A stretch of 63,957 nucleotides of DNA, counting the filler, from Octopus bimaculoides (taxonomy: Eukaryota): the NCBI RefSeq assembly GCF_001194135.2. It is 8 parts of 6 records of this genome, joined end to end, with 100 filler letters (N's around TTAATTAATTAA, not from the genome) between each part and the next. Parts side by side here need not be neighbours in the genome. Positions count along the whole stretch, not along the records: positions 62,789 to 63,957 come from NC_069004.1; 7 more parts are not named here. One strand, written 5' to 3'. The stretch's first letter is position 1. Each line of letters begins with the position of its first letter. The position numbers and the translations under genes are program-made. Positions 62,838-63,957 of the stretch are shown one piece after another. Under the pieces are notes generated by a model. That model was not told the origin of the DNA and searched no databases. It worked only from the letters and a program-made list of their open reading frames with translations.

Positions 62838-63957
62838 GTATTATGGGATTTAAGTGGTTAATATACAAATTGTTGAAACTTGTAGAAAATAAACACATCA
62901 ACAACGGAAAAAGTGTATCAAAGGAAGAAAGAAAGAAAGAAAGAAAGAAGAAAGGAAGAAAGAAGGGACGAAGGAAAGAAAGAATGAATGGATGGATGGA
63001 TGGATGGATGCATGCATGAATGAATGAATGAATGAATGAATGAAAGGAAGAGATATAAGCGAATTAAAAAATGTGACGAATGACAAATGAGCGTTGTGAA
63101 AACTGTGAATTATAGACTCAATATCGGCACCATTGTATATGAGATTTTGTCTTTTGGGGAACTTTAGGAAAGATAGTAAAGATGGTTGCGTAACAACTGC
63201 TTTCAAAGTGTCATCACTTGCAGAAAATATGAGACCTGCTGTTCAAATAGAGATCATTCTTATATAGGTTTCCATTCAGTATGTGTCTTTTTCTCTGCTG
63301 TGTAACGATCGCATCATTTGTTTCCGTTCCTGTAGGGCTTTGATCTTTCAATATTCTTCTATTTGATGTGACAATTGGAGGCTTCTTTTTCATTTGTTTA
63401 TGTATTTATGCATCTATTTATTTATTTTTGCTTTTAATGGTTCTGTGTGATTCAGCGTTAATTTTGTGTCATTCCTCTTTACGATGTGCCGAAAAGAGAA
63501 AGTGTGGCGGTAGAATCTTTGTTTGAACTGTTTATGCGTGGGTGTGTATGTATGGTGTATGTGCGTGTGCGTTACGTGTACGTACATGCGAGTGCGTACA
63601 CAAGTGTGTATACGTTTGAGAGCGTCTATGCGCAGCTATATTTATATATATCGTTGATGTATGAATGAATTCTCTTTAAAAAGAAAAGTCACACGCACAC
63701 AATGGCGTAATTAAGGTTAGAAAAGCTCATTCACAACGCTAAACAATTACAGTATTCTCAATTGGAACGAGACGAAAGTATGAATCCACACATTCATATC
63801 TGTGTGAGTTTATTTATTTGTTTGTTTCTGTGTTTTTTGTTTACGTTTTTTTTTACTTCTAAGTATATATTTAGGGAAATTATATACGCATGTGTGTGCA
63901 TGTGTTTGTGAGTATGTTAGTTTACGTATATACGTACGTACATGCATACATATATAT

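Overview
AT-rich, repeat-dense eukaryotic DNA. The SINE families and microsatellite load point to an octopus genome; this is inference and was not checked against a database. The window is a concatenation: seven 100-bp spacers (44 N + TTAATTAATTAA + 44 N) and many N gaps break it into segments that may not be neighbours. I recognise no intact host protein-coding gene; the long ORFs in the track are N-gap or microsatellite artefacts. What is recognisable is decayed mobile DNA: tRNA-derived SINEs, mariner/Tc1 and hAT elements and MITEs, R4/Dong-like and RTE LINE fragments, and a Penelope-like GIY-YIG fragment. The main unexplained signal is a set of hammerhead-ribozyme (HHR) motifs. One at 21785-21831 has a compensatory U3-A8 core inside a 114-nt extended stem I. 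One at 23011-23089 has a canonical core on the opposite strand, about 1.2 kb away across a gap. Further motifs at 37950-38012 and 9035-9073 lie inside inverted repeats, and several decayed relics are scattered through the window. Also notable: a clean 73-nt intron followed by a miRNA-like hairpin or 42-aa ORF (11989-12192), and a duplicated two-block structured element (17434-17527 and 20642-20783).
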